Under the pieces are notes generated by a model. The model was not told the origin of the DNA, ran no database searches, and saw only the letters and a list, made by a program, of their open reading frames with translations. 64,000 nucleotides of DNA from Amphiscolops sp. MND2022 (lineage: Eukaryota), in the NCBI GenBank assembly GCA_964187785.1, contig OZ076409.1:60204001-60268000 (forward strand), in the 5' to 3' direction. Positions 24,134 through 37,524 of the stretch are shown piece after piece. Each line of letters opens with the position of its first letter. Within the stretch, counting starts at the first letter, position 1. The position numbers and the translations under genes are program-made.

Positions 24134-26997
24134 ATTTTCCGCCCATATTTCATATGGGCAAGGAAAATATTTAAATCAAACTTTTTCATAATTTGCCAAG
24201 CACCAAATATATATTTAACTTTGAGGGTGTTACCCATAGAATTCAACTCACATAATTTAGCTTCGTGCGATATGTATTTGTGGAGATTTCTGGACCTTTT
24301 TAGTTGACACCAGAATGACCCAAAAATTAGAAAATTTTCAAAAGTTTCCAATTTTTTACGTTTTAATGCATTTTTTGTCAGTTTTTCCATAGATGTAGTG
24401 GATTAGAATGTTGGAAAGGTTCTAGAAGGCACGATTCCGTTGTCCAGCAGTCGTTTATGAAGAGATAAATGCGGCTGTTTTGGAAATAAAAAGACCCAAA
24501 ATTGACAAAACCAAAAATTTCCTGATTTTTGAAGTTTTTATGCGATTTTTGTGGAATTTTTGATAGACTTCGCGAATTAGAATGTTGAAAACGCTCAACA
24601 TGGCACTATTTCGTTGTCCAGTAGGCTTTTCCGAAGAGATAACTGCTGTTTTTCAAATGAAAAAATCTCAAATTGACACCGAAAACGACAAAATTCACAA
24701 AATTATCCATTCTTCAAAGTTTTTACGCATTTTTCGTCAACGTTTTGACAAATTTCGTAGATTGGAATGTTTTAAAGTGTCAAAGAGGAAAGAGTTGGTT
24801 GTCCAGTAGTCTTTTCCGAAGAGTTTTGCATTTTTCTAATTGAAAATGTCCCAAATTGACACCAAAAATGACAATATCTCAAAATTTTCCAATTTTCAAA
24901 GAGTTTCTGCATTTTTTCTAAATTGCCGACGGAATTTGTAGATTGGAACGTTGAAAAGGGTCAAAAAGGAAAAATTTGTTGTCCACTAGGCTTTTCTGAA
25001 GAGTTTATCACAGTTTTCTGAGAGAAAATATCTCAAATTGACACCAAAAAAGACAACCCAAAATTTTCCACTTTTCAAAGTTTTTATGCAATTTTTGGTA
25101 GAGTTTCGACAGACTTCGTGGATTGGAATTTTTTAAACGGTCAACAAGGAAAACGTTGGTTGTCCACTAGTTATGAAGAGATAATTGCAATGTTCTGAAT
25201 GAAAATGTCTCAAGTTGACATCGAAAATGTCAAAACTCTCAAATTTTTCCAATTTTCAAAGATTTTATGCATTTTTATCCATATTTTTGACGGACTTTGT
25301 AGATTGGAACGTTGAAAACGGTCAACAAGGAATGAATATGTTATCCAGTAGGCTTTTCCGAAGGGTTTTCTGCATTTTTCTAAGTGAAAATGTCTCAAAT
25401 TGCCCCCGAAAAAGACAAAAAAACCCAAATTCTCAGTTTTTATGCATTTTGAGGAGTCGGAAACAATTTTTCGACTACTTATGCAATCGTGCTGTTTTTT
25501 TTCTCCCAACCTTTTCATGAAAATTTCAAATTTCTAAAAAACTGTCCATACGATTCGAACGAAATTTTCTACAGTTATTCTACACCATATTAGAGTCTTA
25601 TATGTGCAATGGCATCAAAATCGTATTGCTGGGATGTGAGAAACATAGCCAAAATTAGCCCAAAAATGGCCACAAAACACTCATTTTTCGATTTTCTTCT
25701 TTTTTCTCAAAAACTGTCCATACGATTCGAATGAAATTTTGTACAGTCATTCTACACCATGTTATGGTCCTTTGTGTGTACTTTCATCAAGTTCGTATTG
25801 CTGGGATGTGAGGAACATAGCCCTAATTAACCCAAAAATGGCCAAAAAACAGCCATTTTTCGACTTTTTTTGACTTTTGCTAAAACTGTTCATACGATTC
25901 GAAGGAAAATTTTTACAGTCACTTTCTACACCATAGTATGGTCCTATGTGTGCAATTCCAATAAATTGGTATGACTGGGATTGGGGCGAGTCAAGAAAAA
26001 ACCTAAGCCGACTCCTTTACCGCATATGCGGCTCTGGTTGTTAAAGTTTCGACAGACTTCGTGGATTGGAATGTTTTAAAGGGTCAACAAGAAAAGCGTT
26101 GGTTGTCCACTAGTCCTTTTACGAAGAGTTAATTGCAATGTTCTGAAGGGAAGTTCGAGCTACTTTGTGGGTTACAATGGCGTGAACATTCATCAACAAC
26201 TAAACTCGGTGTCCAGTAGGCCTTTTTTGAAGAAACATCTGTTGACCCCATATGTTCCTCAAATTGACCCCAAAGTTGTCAACTATTTCCAATTTTTGAC
26301 ACTTCTGATAAAACTATATTCAATAATATACACTTTCCTAAATTTGCAATGGACCTAGTTTCGCACTTTTACCATTATCTCAGTGCCAAAAATTACCTCA
26401 TGAAATACGCCTGAGACTCGGAAACCACTTTTTCTCCAACAGCGATCAGGAAAATTTTAATTTTTTGAAAAGTTTTTGGTAAAGTCCTATTATGGCGACA
26501 CGAGTTTCATCTCGCAAAACTTTTTCTCAAGCTGAAATCAGCTATGAAAGCAAGGGGGGTTTTTTTTGACTAAATGAAAGTCTCGGAAAGACGCACAGAG
26601 CCGAAAAACTGAATTGAGGTTATTTCCACAATCAATAAGAAACCTCGTCAGTTCCATATTATCAAAAGTAACAAAGAAGTCACCCTGTAAAACTTTACAG
26701 AAAACCTCAAAAACTAAAATTTCTGGAAAATGTTTTTGGGAAATTATTTTCAAAAAATGTATTGAAAATTTTTGCTTTTCTTGGTAAGTCGCATAGTGCC
26801 GAAAAAACGAAAAGTTGCCAGCTATCGCAGAAATGATAAATTAGGTGTTTCCTTTAAAATGGACAAAGATGAATCAAAGCTTTCTTTTCTTAAAACTTTG
26901 CGTTTCTATAGTGCATTGGCTGTTCTTGAGCCTCAAATTTATGTAGTTGTAGAACAGCTTGGGGCGGAAAATATCTCGTTGCTCAGCGGGCGTCTTG
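24134..26997 (+). mobile_element. HINE family B carrying a ~180-bp tandem array, with nested insertions
   Basis: subTIRs ATTTTCCGCCC (24134) / GGGCGGAAAAT (26962), end cagcgggcgtcttg. The GTTGTCCA marker (one copy GTTATCCA) recurs at 24439, 24613, 24798, 24978, 25159, 25340 and 26102. Confidence 0.75.
25450..26042 (+). mobile_element. HINE family C with three ~172-bp units, nested inside the family B array
   Basis: subTIRs GGAGTCGG / CCGACTCC, 3' hairpin CCGCATATGCGG then TTGTT. CATACGATTCGAA recurs at 25547, 25719 and 25891. The host unit resumes after the insert. Confidence 0.75.
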
Positions 26998-29825
26998 AAA
27001 AAAATGCTCGAAATGTCCAGTATCATTGATGACCTAGCGCTGGAAACTTGGAGTTTTGGATACTCTTTAATACCATTCGAGTGTTTGTTATTGACATAGT
27101 CAACATTTTAATTGCCCCAAAATATCCAATCCAAGCGCTTAAATGTCCCTGAATTGAAAATCTTGTCTTCAGAAAAAGGCTCCATGGAAAATGATTTTTC
27201 CAATGACATTCATAATGAAAATGAATCAGTCAAAACTATCAAGAAGCAGACAATTTTTTTGAGTCTAGTCTATCCCCGTGATTTCGATTGCTAAAAGACG
27301 GTGCAATTCATTGTACCACCAGCAGTACTTAATAGAGTCTGGGCCAGTTAAAATTTTCAAATAACCATATAGTCGTTAAAAATACTCGACATTTGCAACT
27401 TTTTCCGTTAACTGAGTTAACTTTTCAATCGGTAAACAGCGATAACTGATCAACTGGCCCTAAAATCTTTGCTAAAATCATGGATTGGTCATTATCAATG
27501 AATAAATTTGGCAAAATTTCAGAAGCCAGTCAAAAGAGTACACGAGTCTTGGATTCCGGAGTTCTGCGTTGAAATTATCAAGAACATCAGGTTTTTTGAA
27601 AATTGGTAGGCAAATGAGAAAAAATATTACTGAATTCGAGAATTTTTGTTTTATCAGACAGGTCAACATACCATGCTGTACCTCAAGTAACAAGCTGGCA
27701 ACGTCTCGAACTGGCATCCCTAAAGGTTGCAAAACGTAAAGTCGTTTAAATATGCCTGAAATATTCCTTTCACTCTCACACAGTCGAAAAACAAAGGCAG
27801 TCTCGAGACAAATGCAACGCTTTTCCCTGGCCGGACCATCAAAAACTAGAATTTGCAAAATTTATATTCGAGAACACTGTCCTGAAAAACCGGGCACCTG
27901 TTAACATAGTAAAGTTAATGAAATTTAAGGAAAATTTTAGGCCTGCAACTGATTCGAACCCATAACCTGCTTGCGAAACACGAACTGAAACAACGGCTTA
28001 GCAGCAAGTTGCAAAACGGTGCAAAAAATGTTTATAAAAATCTGTGTTCAAGCGTCTTTGAAAAAGGTCATTTTCTGCGTTTTCTTCCAATTCCGTTGAC
28101 TAAGAAGTGACTCATTCCGTGATCAATAATAAGTCGACGCCCCGCGCGAAGTTCAAACAGAATAATGCACATAAGACTCGAAAACCGCTTTTTGTCTCAC
28201 TGGGAACATCGAAAGAACATTTGATAATCTGCTAGTACCAAAAAACCCAAAAAAAGACAGACCCTTCAAGGTCACACAACACTTTTTTCGAGCCAAAAAG
28301 TTTCTAAAGAGTGACGGGCAATTTTTGAGAAAACGTCGCGCATTGCCGAAAAAGAAACAAGATTGTTGCCACAATTTTTGAGAAAACTCATCAGTCCCAC
28401 AGGACCAGAAAATAACCAAAGAGGTCACCTTTAAGGCTCTGACAACGTTTATCCTTAAAAAAACCTAAAACCAAAAATTGTTCGAAAAACTTTGAAAAAA
28501 ATTCTCTGCATGGCACAATGGTGAAAACCCTTATGACCCCCTATGCGCGCAAAGCAAAGCGCTCCGTTTCTCCGAAAAATTAAAATGATAAAATTTCAGA
28601 ACAAAGTCTGTTGAAGCCGAAAAAGTTTTTTGTCTGTCTACCTTCTATTTTCGCCGGCATACAAATTTTGTGGTCCAGTGCAAGCTTCGAACCCATGGAC
28701 ACCTGATTCAAAGTCAGTGTTACACCCGTGGTGACCACCATGCCAAAAGGAGGATGCGAATCATTTACAAATTATGGATCTATTAGAAATGCATCAGTTC
28801 GCCGGAAGAAGAAGAAAACTAAAATAGTTTGCATTTTCTATCAAAAACGCCAACTAAAACTATCAATTGATTTCACTCATGTTTTTACGCAGAAAATCGT
28901 GATCTATAAAAAGGAACAGACAACTTCTGAAAGCCTGAATTGGGAACAACTTTCTGATAATAGTAGGTTGGAACGAGAAAACAGAAATGGACAAAATCTA
29001 AACACCTACTTGAAAAATTTCTTGTGTCTTAAAGTTCCTAAACCCGCTTGGCCAAAAATCTTTCCCAAGGGAAAACCCTTAAAGCTCAAAGAATGGTTTT
29101 GTTTTGACAAGAGTCTGAACATGGCGGCTACGTTGCTTAGCGCAAGGCTTGCGAAGAATAAACGTTTGACGCGAAAAAATTCAGGATATCAATCGTCTGC
29201 ATCGCAAATAGTTTAGAAGATATCGCCCAAAAGAAACAAAGTGGACTGAAAAGTCGCATTTGATCAATGAACAAAAAGGTATCGTTGCGTCATGCCACTA
29301 TCTCGAATGGCTTCTGAGATATTATTGGCCTTCTGGATGGAAATGGGAATGTAAGCTCAACTATCGAATTTTTTTCACAAAGGAATATGACGGAGCTTGC
29401 TCTCCCTAGTAGAGACGGCTTGAACTTTTTACATGCTGCAGGCCTGCATGCAGGGAAATTTTTGATAAAACCTAGAAAATTCAGACTGCGCGCAGGTAAA
29501 ATTCTTATAAAACTTCCCTGCATCTTAGAAAATCTTCGATATTTTTCACTGCACCTTGAAAAAAAGTCCCTGCAACTTTAAAAAAAGTGAAATAACATAG
29601 AAGCGGGAAACAACTCAAATTTTGACTCAGACACTGCAAAACAATATCTTATTATCTGAATCCTATTTCCTGCAAAACTGCTTCTCAAAGGCTAGATCTC
29701 AGATGAAAAAAAATGAAAAAAAGTCAAGATTATATTATGAAACGTAAAAATTGAAACATCACGGAACAATTGTAACTATTCTTCAAAAAAACTGGTGTTA
29801 TTAAAAGCTTTCGGATTCCGAGAAC

Positions 29826-30417
29826 TTTGCTGGCGTCAAAACCCAATGTCACACAAGCGTCGGAGCAGATCTGAGCAGTCACCAGTAAAACTTCTCCATC
29901 AGAGGGTTGGATTGAAGTTGAAAGTTTCTGAAACAAAAAGACTTCTGAGTTCAAAGACTGAAAAGTTGCTGAGCGAAAAGACAAATAAGTAAAAGCAGCT
30001 ACAAAATCACTTCAAAAACCAACACGTGTTTTTCAAAACTCGTCAGAATCTTTCCGCAACTATTAGAAACTTCAATTGTGAGCAGCAAGACAAAGCAAAA
30101 TCATTCAATGAAAATAACAACATTGCTCAAATTTTCGAAAAACGAATTTTCCACTATGCTAGCGATGTCTCTTTTCAAAACATTGAATCTCACAATTTTG
30201 ACATCGAAAATCACATTTTTGACATCGAAAATTACCAAACAGAAACAGTGAAAAAACAGGAAAAAGACTACTTGATATCTAAAGTAAAGTGTCTTCCGGG
30301 TTGTTAGAAAAACGAGAAGTTTGCTGGCGTCAAAACCCAATGTCACACAAGTGTCGGAGCAGATCTGAGCAGTCACCAGTGAAACTTCTCCATCAGAGGG
30401 TTGGATTCAAGTTGAAA
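29826..30417. repeat. ~98-bp direct repeat (29826-29923 and 30320-30417)
   Basis: tttgctggcgtcaaaacccaatgtcacacaag...gagggttggatt.aagttgaaa occurs twice with about 3 differences. Confidence 0.85.
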
Positions 30418-32175
30418 TTCCACCACTAAAATGCTTTTTAAAGAACAAGGACTAAAATTTAAAAAAAGCTCCAAATTCAGAAATAACGACTAAAATTGAT
30501 TAGGATACGTCTAAACACTGGAATAACAGCTAAATTTAATGCGTAAAGTACATTTAGGCATCATTCCACCAAATGAAAGTGATTTTAGGCGTTATTCCAA
30601 CACAGTGGTTATTTTATCAGAACAACGACTAAAACTAAAGAAAAAAGGTCCAAACTCTGGGATAACGACTAAGCTCGATGAATATACGTCCAAACACTTG
30701 AATAACGGCTTAAATCAAATTGTACAGTACAATTAGGCCTTATTTTACCAAATTAAATTGATTTTGGCCGTTATTTCATCAATAGTGGTCAGAAATGAAA
30801 AAGAAATGGTAGAAATTTGACTGAAATTTTCGGATTAGAATTTTTCATTTTTGGAAGTTTTGTTATTTTTTGTCAGCAAAAACACCAAATAGTTCAATTT
30901 TAGCAAGAAATTCAGTGGAAAAAAAACCCAAAAGTTTCAGAAAATCCCCATTGATAATTTTCCAGTTTTTGTTTTTTTTGGGGGGCTAACTAAAAGTTTG
31001 AAAAATTTGAAATTTCCTCCAATCAAAATTTCTGATTTTTGATATTCCGCTCTTAAAGTAGTCCCAAAAAAATTCCATAGAACATTGATAGCAATTTTTT
31101 TAGTGTTCGAAAACCTGAAAAAGATAAATATTAAGCTTTTCAACAGTTTGGGTGCAGAAAAAAATTTTTATCCGAAAAAGTTTTCAATGATAGGAATTTG
31201 TTTGTCACACAGGCAGTTTTGTTTACGTCATTTTGTAGGGTCTGCACTTACAAAAGTTGAGGTTTTGCCCGCGAAAACATGGAAAATTTCGCGGGAGTTT
31301 TTCTTTAATTTCCTTGATGTTGCTCTGAAAACCCGCCAAATTGTGTACAAATCCTAATAAATACCTGAAGAAAGATCATTGCATCAGGGAAAATTTTTTC
31401 TTTAATGATTCTCTATGAAACTCCAAAAGTCATGCTAAAAGTGCTTGGCAACCTTAATGAACATATAAAACTTTCCAGCAGATTCAACTAGGGCTGGTAC
31501 TATTTTTAGCTTTACAACATGGACAATTGCCTCCGAGTCGGGCATCTTTCAGCGGAAAAATCTTTAATGCATCACGAATAGTCTCAAAGACAAAGGCCTT
31601 GGAAAACCAAAAAGGTAAAAATGTCGCATACGATCAATGAACATTTTTGTCAAAACTTACCCTATGGAATGAAAGTTAGCAACGTTAGTGAGATGAAAGT
31701 TGGTCCAAGAGAGGGTCCCGGGGTGCACCATGAAAAAAGTAATTACCCACTATGCTCCACTCAAGACTAAAAATGCCGTATATCCTGAATAATGACGTCA
31801 ATCCGATTTTATTACGTATGACCAGGAAGACTGGAGCTTCGAATCGAAGTAGTGTCAAACTTCTGTAACACTGTATCGGTTTGATCATTCTTTATCCGGG
31901 TAGTTTTGGGTGGTTTTACGTCTTCCATCAGTAGATTCCAGTTTCTGAGAAGTAGGGTTTTCAGGTCTAAGATAGGATTCTAACTCAAAGTTCGATGCCA
32001 GGCGGTCACTGAACGGGCCTAATGAACCAAAGGTGTCTAGTATTTAGTACCTTGGTAACGAATTTCATCGCACACTCTTTGGTAAATGTCCGGCATCAGA
32101 TGTGCAAAGTCCATTGGACAGAAAACGTTTCATCAGGATATGAGATAGGTGTATTTCGATCTCACAAGTTTCATG

Positions 32176-32999
32176 TTTTTAGTCGGTGCGTTTTTCCATA
32201 AGAAAAAAACCTCGACTATTACAGTGACTAGTTTTTTTGCGCGACTCACAAAGAATGGTCCTCTTTTGATTCAAACTGTGCACGTTTACCATCGGTACTT
32301 ATTGCTTAATTTTGAACGCATCCGAAGCCTCTAACATGAAATACAAAACACTTCCAAAGCATAAGGGTCCGCCATTTTGATTGTTTTCTTCACCCTGAGA
32401 CTTTCGTCCTTTTTTCGGCTTCGTGAGATTTCTTCCGAAAAACTGTTGATGTCTCCAAAGGGTCTCCCTTCATTTTTCGTGATATTTTACCACAGAACGG
32501 ACAATAAAAAATCTCAAAGGGTCCCTTTAATATTTTTCAGCACTATGAGACTGTACAAAAATATCATTTTATGTCTGTTTCTATGTTTTCTTAGAAGATA
32601 TCCACCAAAACTTTTTTCAATACTATCCCATTTCGACGTAATAACTAAAGTAAAAAGTTATCTTCGAATTTTTGACGTTATCTCCGAACTGTATGGCGTT
32701 TTGCTCAAGAGGAGGTGGAAGTTCAAAAACGTGCTCCCATTTGTCCCAGCACGCTATATTCGAACGTTTGCCGTTCTATCCGAGGTAATTTGCATTTTAA
32801 TGAAGAGGCGAGGATCGAAAAAAGCCCTCGCATTTGTCTCAGCACGCTATATCCGAATTTCTGAAGCGTTTTCTGAGTACGAAAGGTACCCTTTGTGTGC
32901 TTCGAAACTTTTCATAAAAACGTCCTGGGCATATTTTTAAAACTGGGTGATTTTTGAGCCTCAGGTATAGCGCCGACTTAAGACGTTCCCGTCTTGTTT
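32176..32999 (+). mobile_element. HINE family A copy
   Basis: TTTTTAGTCGGTGCG...CGACTA start; GCGCCGACTT-agacgttcccgtct-TGTTT end. Confidence 0.75.
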
Positions 33000-35499
33000 A
33001 TGGTTTTGGAAGCTATCAAGAGGTTTAGTCAAGCAGCGGAATAAGCTGTAAAATCTGCTACAAATGCAAACTATGATAAGAATTTTCTTATAAAATTGAA
33101 CAACATAAATTCTTCCATAAAAATGTCCGTATATGACCATCAGAAATTCATAATCGTTTTGTTTCCGAAAACTTCCTTCTATCGGGATATTGCCTGTTTG
33201 GAACAGTAGTATTTCATTTGTCAGTGTATCGATTTTTTTTCGGTGGAAGTAGTTGCAAATAGCGTTAAGATTGTTAAAGTACTTTCCGCTTGGCCTATTG
33301 GCTACCACGTATGTCTGGGCATGGACACAGTTCCGGGAAACAAGTTTACGTGGGTCCGAAACACGTGCTGGGTTTATAATCTTTAATATTTACGAGCGTA
33401 AACAAGATCAGTGGGTCGCTGTTTACATTTATTGATGTTTTCAGCAAGGAAAACATGCTTTGCGGGCGCAAGAGTGGGCTTTTGTTTGGCAATGAGCTTG
33501 TTTTAAAAAAAATTTCATGAGTATTTTTTTCGAAAAAAATCCCTTTCAAGCTTGGGTTCTTTGACGTTTTTAGTTAAAGAAAAGTTTTTTCGAGTTTCAA
33601 GGGTGCTCGCTTTTTGGTCATTTTTGGTACTTCGAGAAATGAATTTTTAAAAGTTTTTTAGCATATCTTAAAGATCTTGTTCTTTCTAAGCTTTAACCTA
33701 ATTTCTTAACATGAGTATTTCCCGGTTTGTTTCAAATTGAACCAATTATACTACCAATTATAAACGTTTTTTCTGATTATATTTACCCTAGACGGTGGTG
33801 GAAATATTCGATTAGCAGTATCTATGCTGCAACTTTATACGCATGATGTAGTTTACGATTTGTAGAGGTTTTTTTGAGTTGAGATCATTTTTCTTAAATT
33901 TGTAACAAAGAAAAATATCGCAATGCCACTTGATACTAAAACTAAGGCAGTAAATTCCGTTGGCTAGTGATCAGTTGGGTCGGTTGTGTGCAAAGTTTAT
34001 GCCTTAAGTTTATATTTAAAGTTCCCCAAAAATGCGAAACTTCCATAATGTTCTACTTTTTTCTGCAACGTTGGTACATTAACGTTTAACAACAAAAATT
34101 TAACTACCTAGCAAAGTTTGTATAGAGAAACCCTTTTTAAAGAAAATTCAAATCTCGCGTTTAATCTTCCTTTTTTAAAATCTTGAAAAGGTTCTGAAAA
34201 TGAACGCAATGAAAATTTCACAAAAAGTGTGATTAATCAGTCATGGCCGCATATAGAATTATAAGATTTAAAAAATAAATTATAAATTAATTTTGTTTTC
34301 AGGAAAAACTACTTCGTTTTTGTTCAATCTTACTTTTCAAGCGCATTTTGTCAATTTTTGATAGATATATATTGTCGCAGTTAAATCTTTTTGTTTCGTT
34401 TGAATTCATACAAAATTTTTCAATTCGTTTTTGCCTCAAGCTAAGCTCGACATTCTAATGCTTTGATTAGTTTGCTTTTTCCACGTCGTAAATTTTGCTA
34501 ATGAAATCGCTAATTGTGTGATTCAACTCGAAAAGCTACATGAAACTTTTTGCTGATGATCAAAGTTTAATAGATGAAAAACATTCAAAACGGTCTTAGG
34601 CTTGAATCTTGATGAGTTTAGACAGCCTTATTTGCGCCTCATAAAATTGAAATTACGACAGAACAACAGCTGAATAAGTTCGAAATGAATATAGTTAATG
34701 AATTATTTAGAGAAAATTGATTCGCACAACATTGTTCAGACGGAGCTCCAATTACTTCCGGAAACGATAAAAAAATTTTTGTCGAAACTGCATACCATAA
34801 ATTCAATGTAATTGATTCTGGTTATTAAAAATCATTTTTTAAAAAGGTTTCGATAGTGAACTCGCGGCAAAAACCCAGGAAAATACTATGGTTTTCACTA
34901 TTCTAGTATCACAAAAATAAGTTTTTGAATGCTGATTATCCCCCATTTTTTGGACACAAAAACTGATATCATTTTCAACTAGAGAGAACAAATGAGTTCT
35001 TCAATCTACATAATTTTGAAAGATATTGATAGACAAAATTTTCAATGTTTGGAGCAATAGAGAATAATGCTTCTTCCAGATGACAACAACTCGATAGATT
35101 ATTTATAGATAGATAGACATCTGATAAATCTGCAAAACAAATCATATTTAAATACAAACGTTTCATCAGGGATACAATTCGAGGATATAACTCTTTGGAT
35201 ATAGAGAATAACTTATTCTTTGGATATAGACAAACGGCGTTTTTTTAATACAAAGCAGGCACGACTCTTACTTTTCAGCGGCTAGATTTTCTTTTTGAAA
35301 TCATCACGAATATTCTCATTGCATGCATAGCTTTCTTTGTTTTCACAATCTATGGCATTTTACAATACGATGGTTGAGAATTAAAAAAATCATTTAGAAA
35401 TTTTCAGAAATTTTCTTAAGATTTGATTATTCCTCAATTTTTCTCTACAAATGCAGTTCCCTGTTTTGAGTAGTTACTTTAAAATGGTTAGCGAATGGA

Positions 35500-35960
35500 T
35501 GCAAGCAGTTATACCGTAGTGTTCAGCATCCAAAACTCCAGAGCATTGTACTTCTCAGTGAATGACACGAGGGGTACAAAAAGATAACTTTCCAATTCAG
35601 ACAATTTTGCTACTTGTGGTACCGCCTCAGTAGCAGTGGATAGCTGGTCTGTCAGAGAGTCAGTCGAAAATACTTGACTGTGTCGTGGAAGAATGAGATT
35701 CTATCAAACGGGGTTCCTATTCAACAATTTCGCAAGGATAAAGTTGCGTCTTGATAATATCTGGCACCTGTGATCGCAATGGTCCTTTTTCAAGATCACG
35801 TTGGGTAACACTCATTTTGAAGCGAGGATCGAGTACCATTGCAACAATGTAAAGAGGTTTCCAGAGAGATGGCTCGAAACGAGTTTTCAACTTCGTGACA
35901 AATGTTTCCTTGACAGCTGCGAATTCTTGATTCCCATTATCAGGGATATTCTAGATATCT
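35500..35960 (-). pseudogene. Decayed hAT transposase fragment
   Basis: Minus-strand translation gives KLKTRFEPSLWKPLYIVAMVLDPRFK (hAT LDPRFK motif) and SELESYLFVP...NALEFWMLN (start of the hAT dimerisation domain), with stops. Confidence 0.7.
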
Positions 35961-37524
35961 TTTATTGCGGCGGACACATGCAGGCAAAAATGCCCCGGAA
36001 AAGTCCCTTTTTCACAGTTACAAGTGCCGCAGTCTAAAGGCCCCAAGCCAAGCCCCAGAGTATTTTTCAAGGTGGTGTCGCGACTCTAACTTCGCCTTAA
36101 AGAGAATTGAGCTGCCAATCAGTTTCTTTTTGACGCTCATTCGATTTGAAGTACATGCAAGAGCTATCGTTCAATTCAAGTGTTTCGTGGTAGCTATCAA
36201 GGAAGCTACAACGGTGTAACTCAAAAAAGAGTTCGAGCTAGAGAGAATGAGGGAACTCGAAGATAGAGTTCAAGCTCCTAAAGATTTGTGCCTTGTCTCA
36301 AAGCAAGAGGACTGTCATTGATAACGTTTATTGACGGAATGAAAGTAAGATAAATGATATAAGAAGTGAGAGTTGAGGGGCTAGTCAATATTAACAGGTT
36401 GTCGGCTAGCAAGCTAGTCAATTACAGTCAAAGGGACAACAACGACAACAACAGTTACACAAAGATCTCAACAGGTTGTTTACATTTGTGTTCGAACACA
36501 TGAAGTTCTAAAAGTGAAGAAAACGATAACCACAAAATTGTCATTAGCACACTATTGCTAAAATTGCCGAAACATTTCGTGTATGGCTACAATTTCAGAA
36601 AGTTGGGCCACATTATGGCAAAACAACCGGATGGTTCCGAACGAAATGTTTCCACCTAGAAACGAAATGGAGTCCATGGAGTCCTTGAAACGAAATGTTT
36701 CCACCAATGAACATCTGTAAGTTATAGAAAAACTAATTGAGTTGCAGGTATTGAATTGAATTTGCAGTCATTGAATTGAAGCTTCTGTCGGTTAACTTAG
36801 AACCTAAGGTTTAGGGCTTCATTTTTTAAACATTACATAACGGTGAATCAATACATATTTTAACAGATCATCAGCATTGCACAATAATTGCTCTAAAACG
36901 TTACAGTGCCAGATTCACAAGTTCGTTGGACCGTTTAGAAATATCTTTACTGGGGTCCAGTCGACAACGAACACATGTCCTGAATCAGATAGCTGAAAAG
37001 TATATCAACCAAAAGACGGTGATATTGACTACGATATTGCATGGACACAGGGAAGTGAAGGTCAAAAAATCTCTTATACGAAGATAGAACAATCTGAAAT
37101 GCAGACGAACCTAACGAATGAGACTTAGCTGGCGTTGTGGGAAAAACCGAAAACAATACGACAACTTTGGATTGCTCAGAATTTCGTTAGCTCTAGAAAA
37201 ATAGCAACTGTCGACACCACACCACGGAAAACAATTAGAGCCCATTTACCTAAAGGCAGCCCGCGATTTCAAAAACAACTTTGCAGCAAAGCAATTCTGG
37301 TGGCATCGATGCTAGCACAATCCAGAGAAAGTGCGATTCATGTAATCCTTGCAACTTATCGGGTGAAATGATAAAACAATCATGCAAAGTTTCGACATAT
37401 ATATATGCATTTTTGACAAAGTAGAATAAAGAAAATCAAATGGTTTTCACGGCCAAATATTTACACTTGCAATTTTTTCCGCGCGACAACTCTCTCGTTT
37501 CAGCCCGCAAGTCGCATAGTTCAC

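Noticed and set aside
24330..25450. CRISPR-like array
   Set aside because: Units are ~180-bp full-length tandem repeats with no unique spacers, in a eukaryotic context with no cas genes.
28675..28745. Functional tRNA-Gln gene (also the tRNA-like heads at 13385, 37525 and 48045)
   Set aside because: An anticodon arm or A/B boxes are present, but acceptor and D stems do not pair; treated as tRNA-derived repeats.
32377..32940. 187-aa ORF, and similar F/K-rich ORFs at 28728, 38100 and 51878
   Set aside because: They lie in AT-rich repeat DNA, have compositionally biased translations and show no domain motifs.
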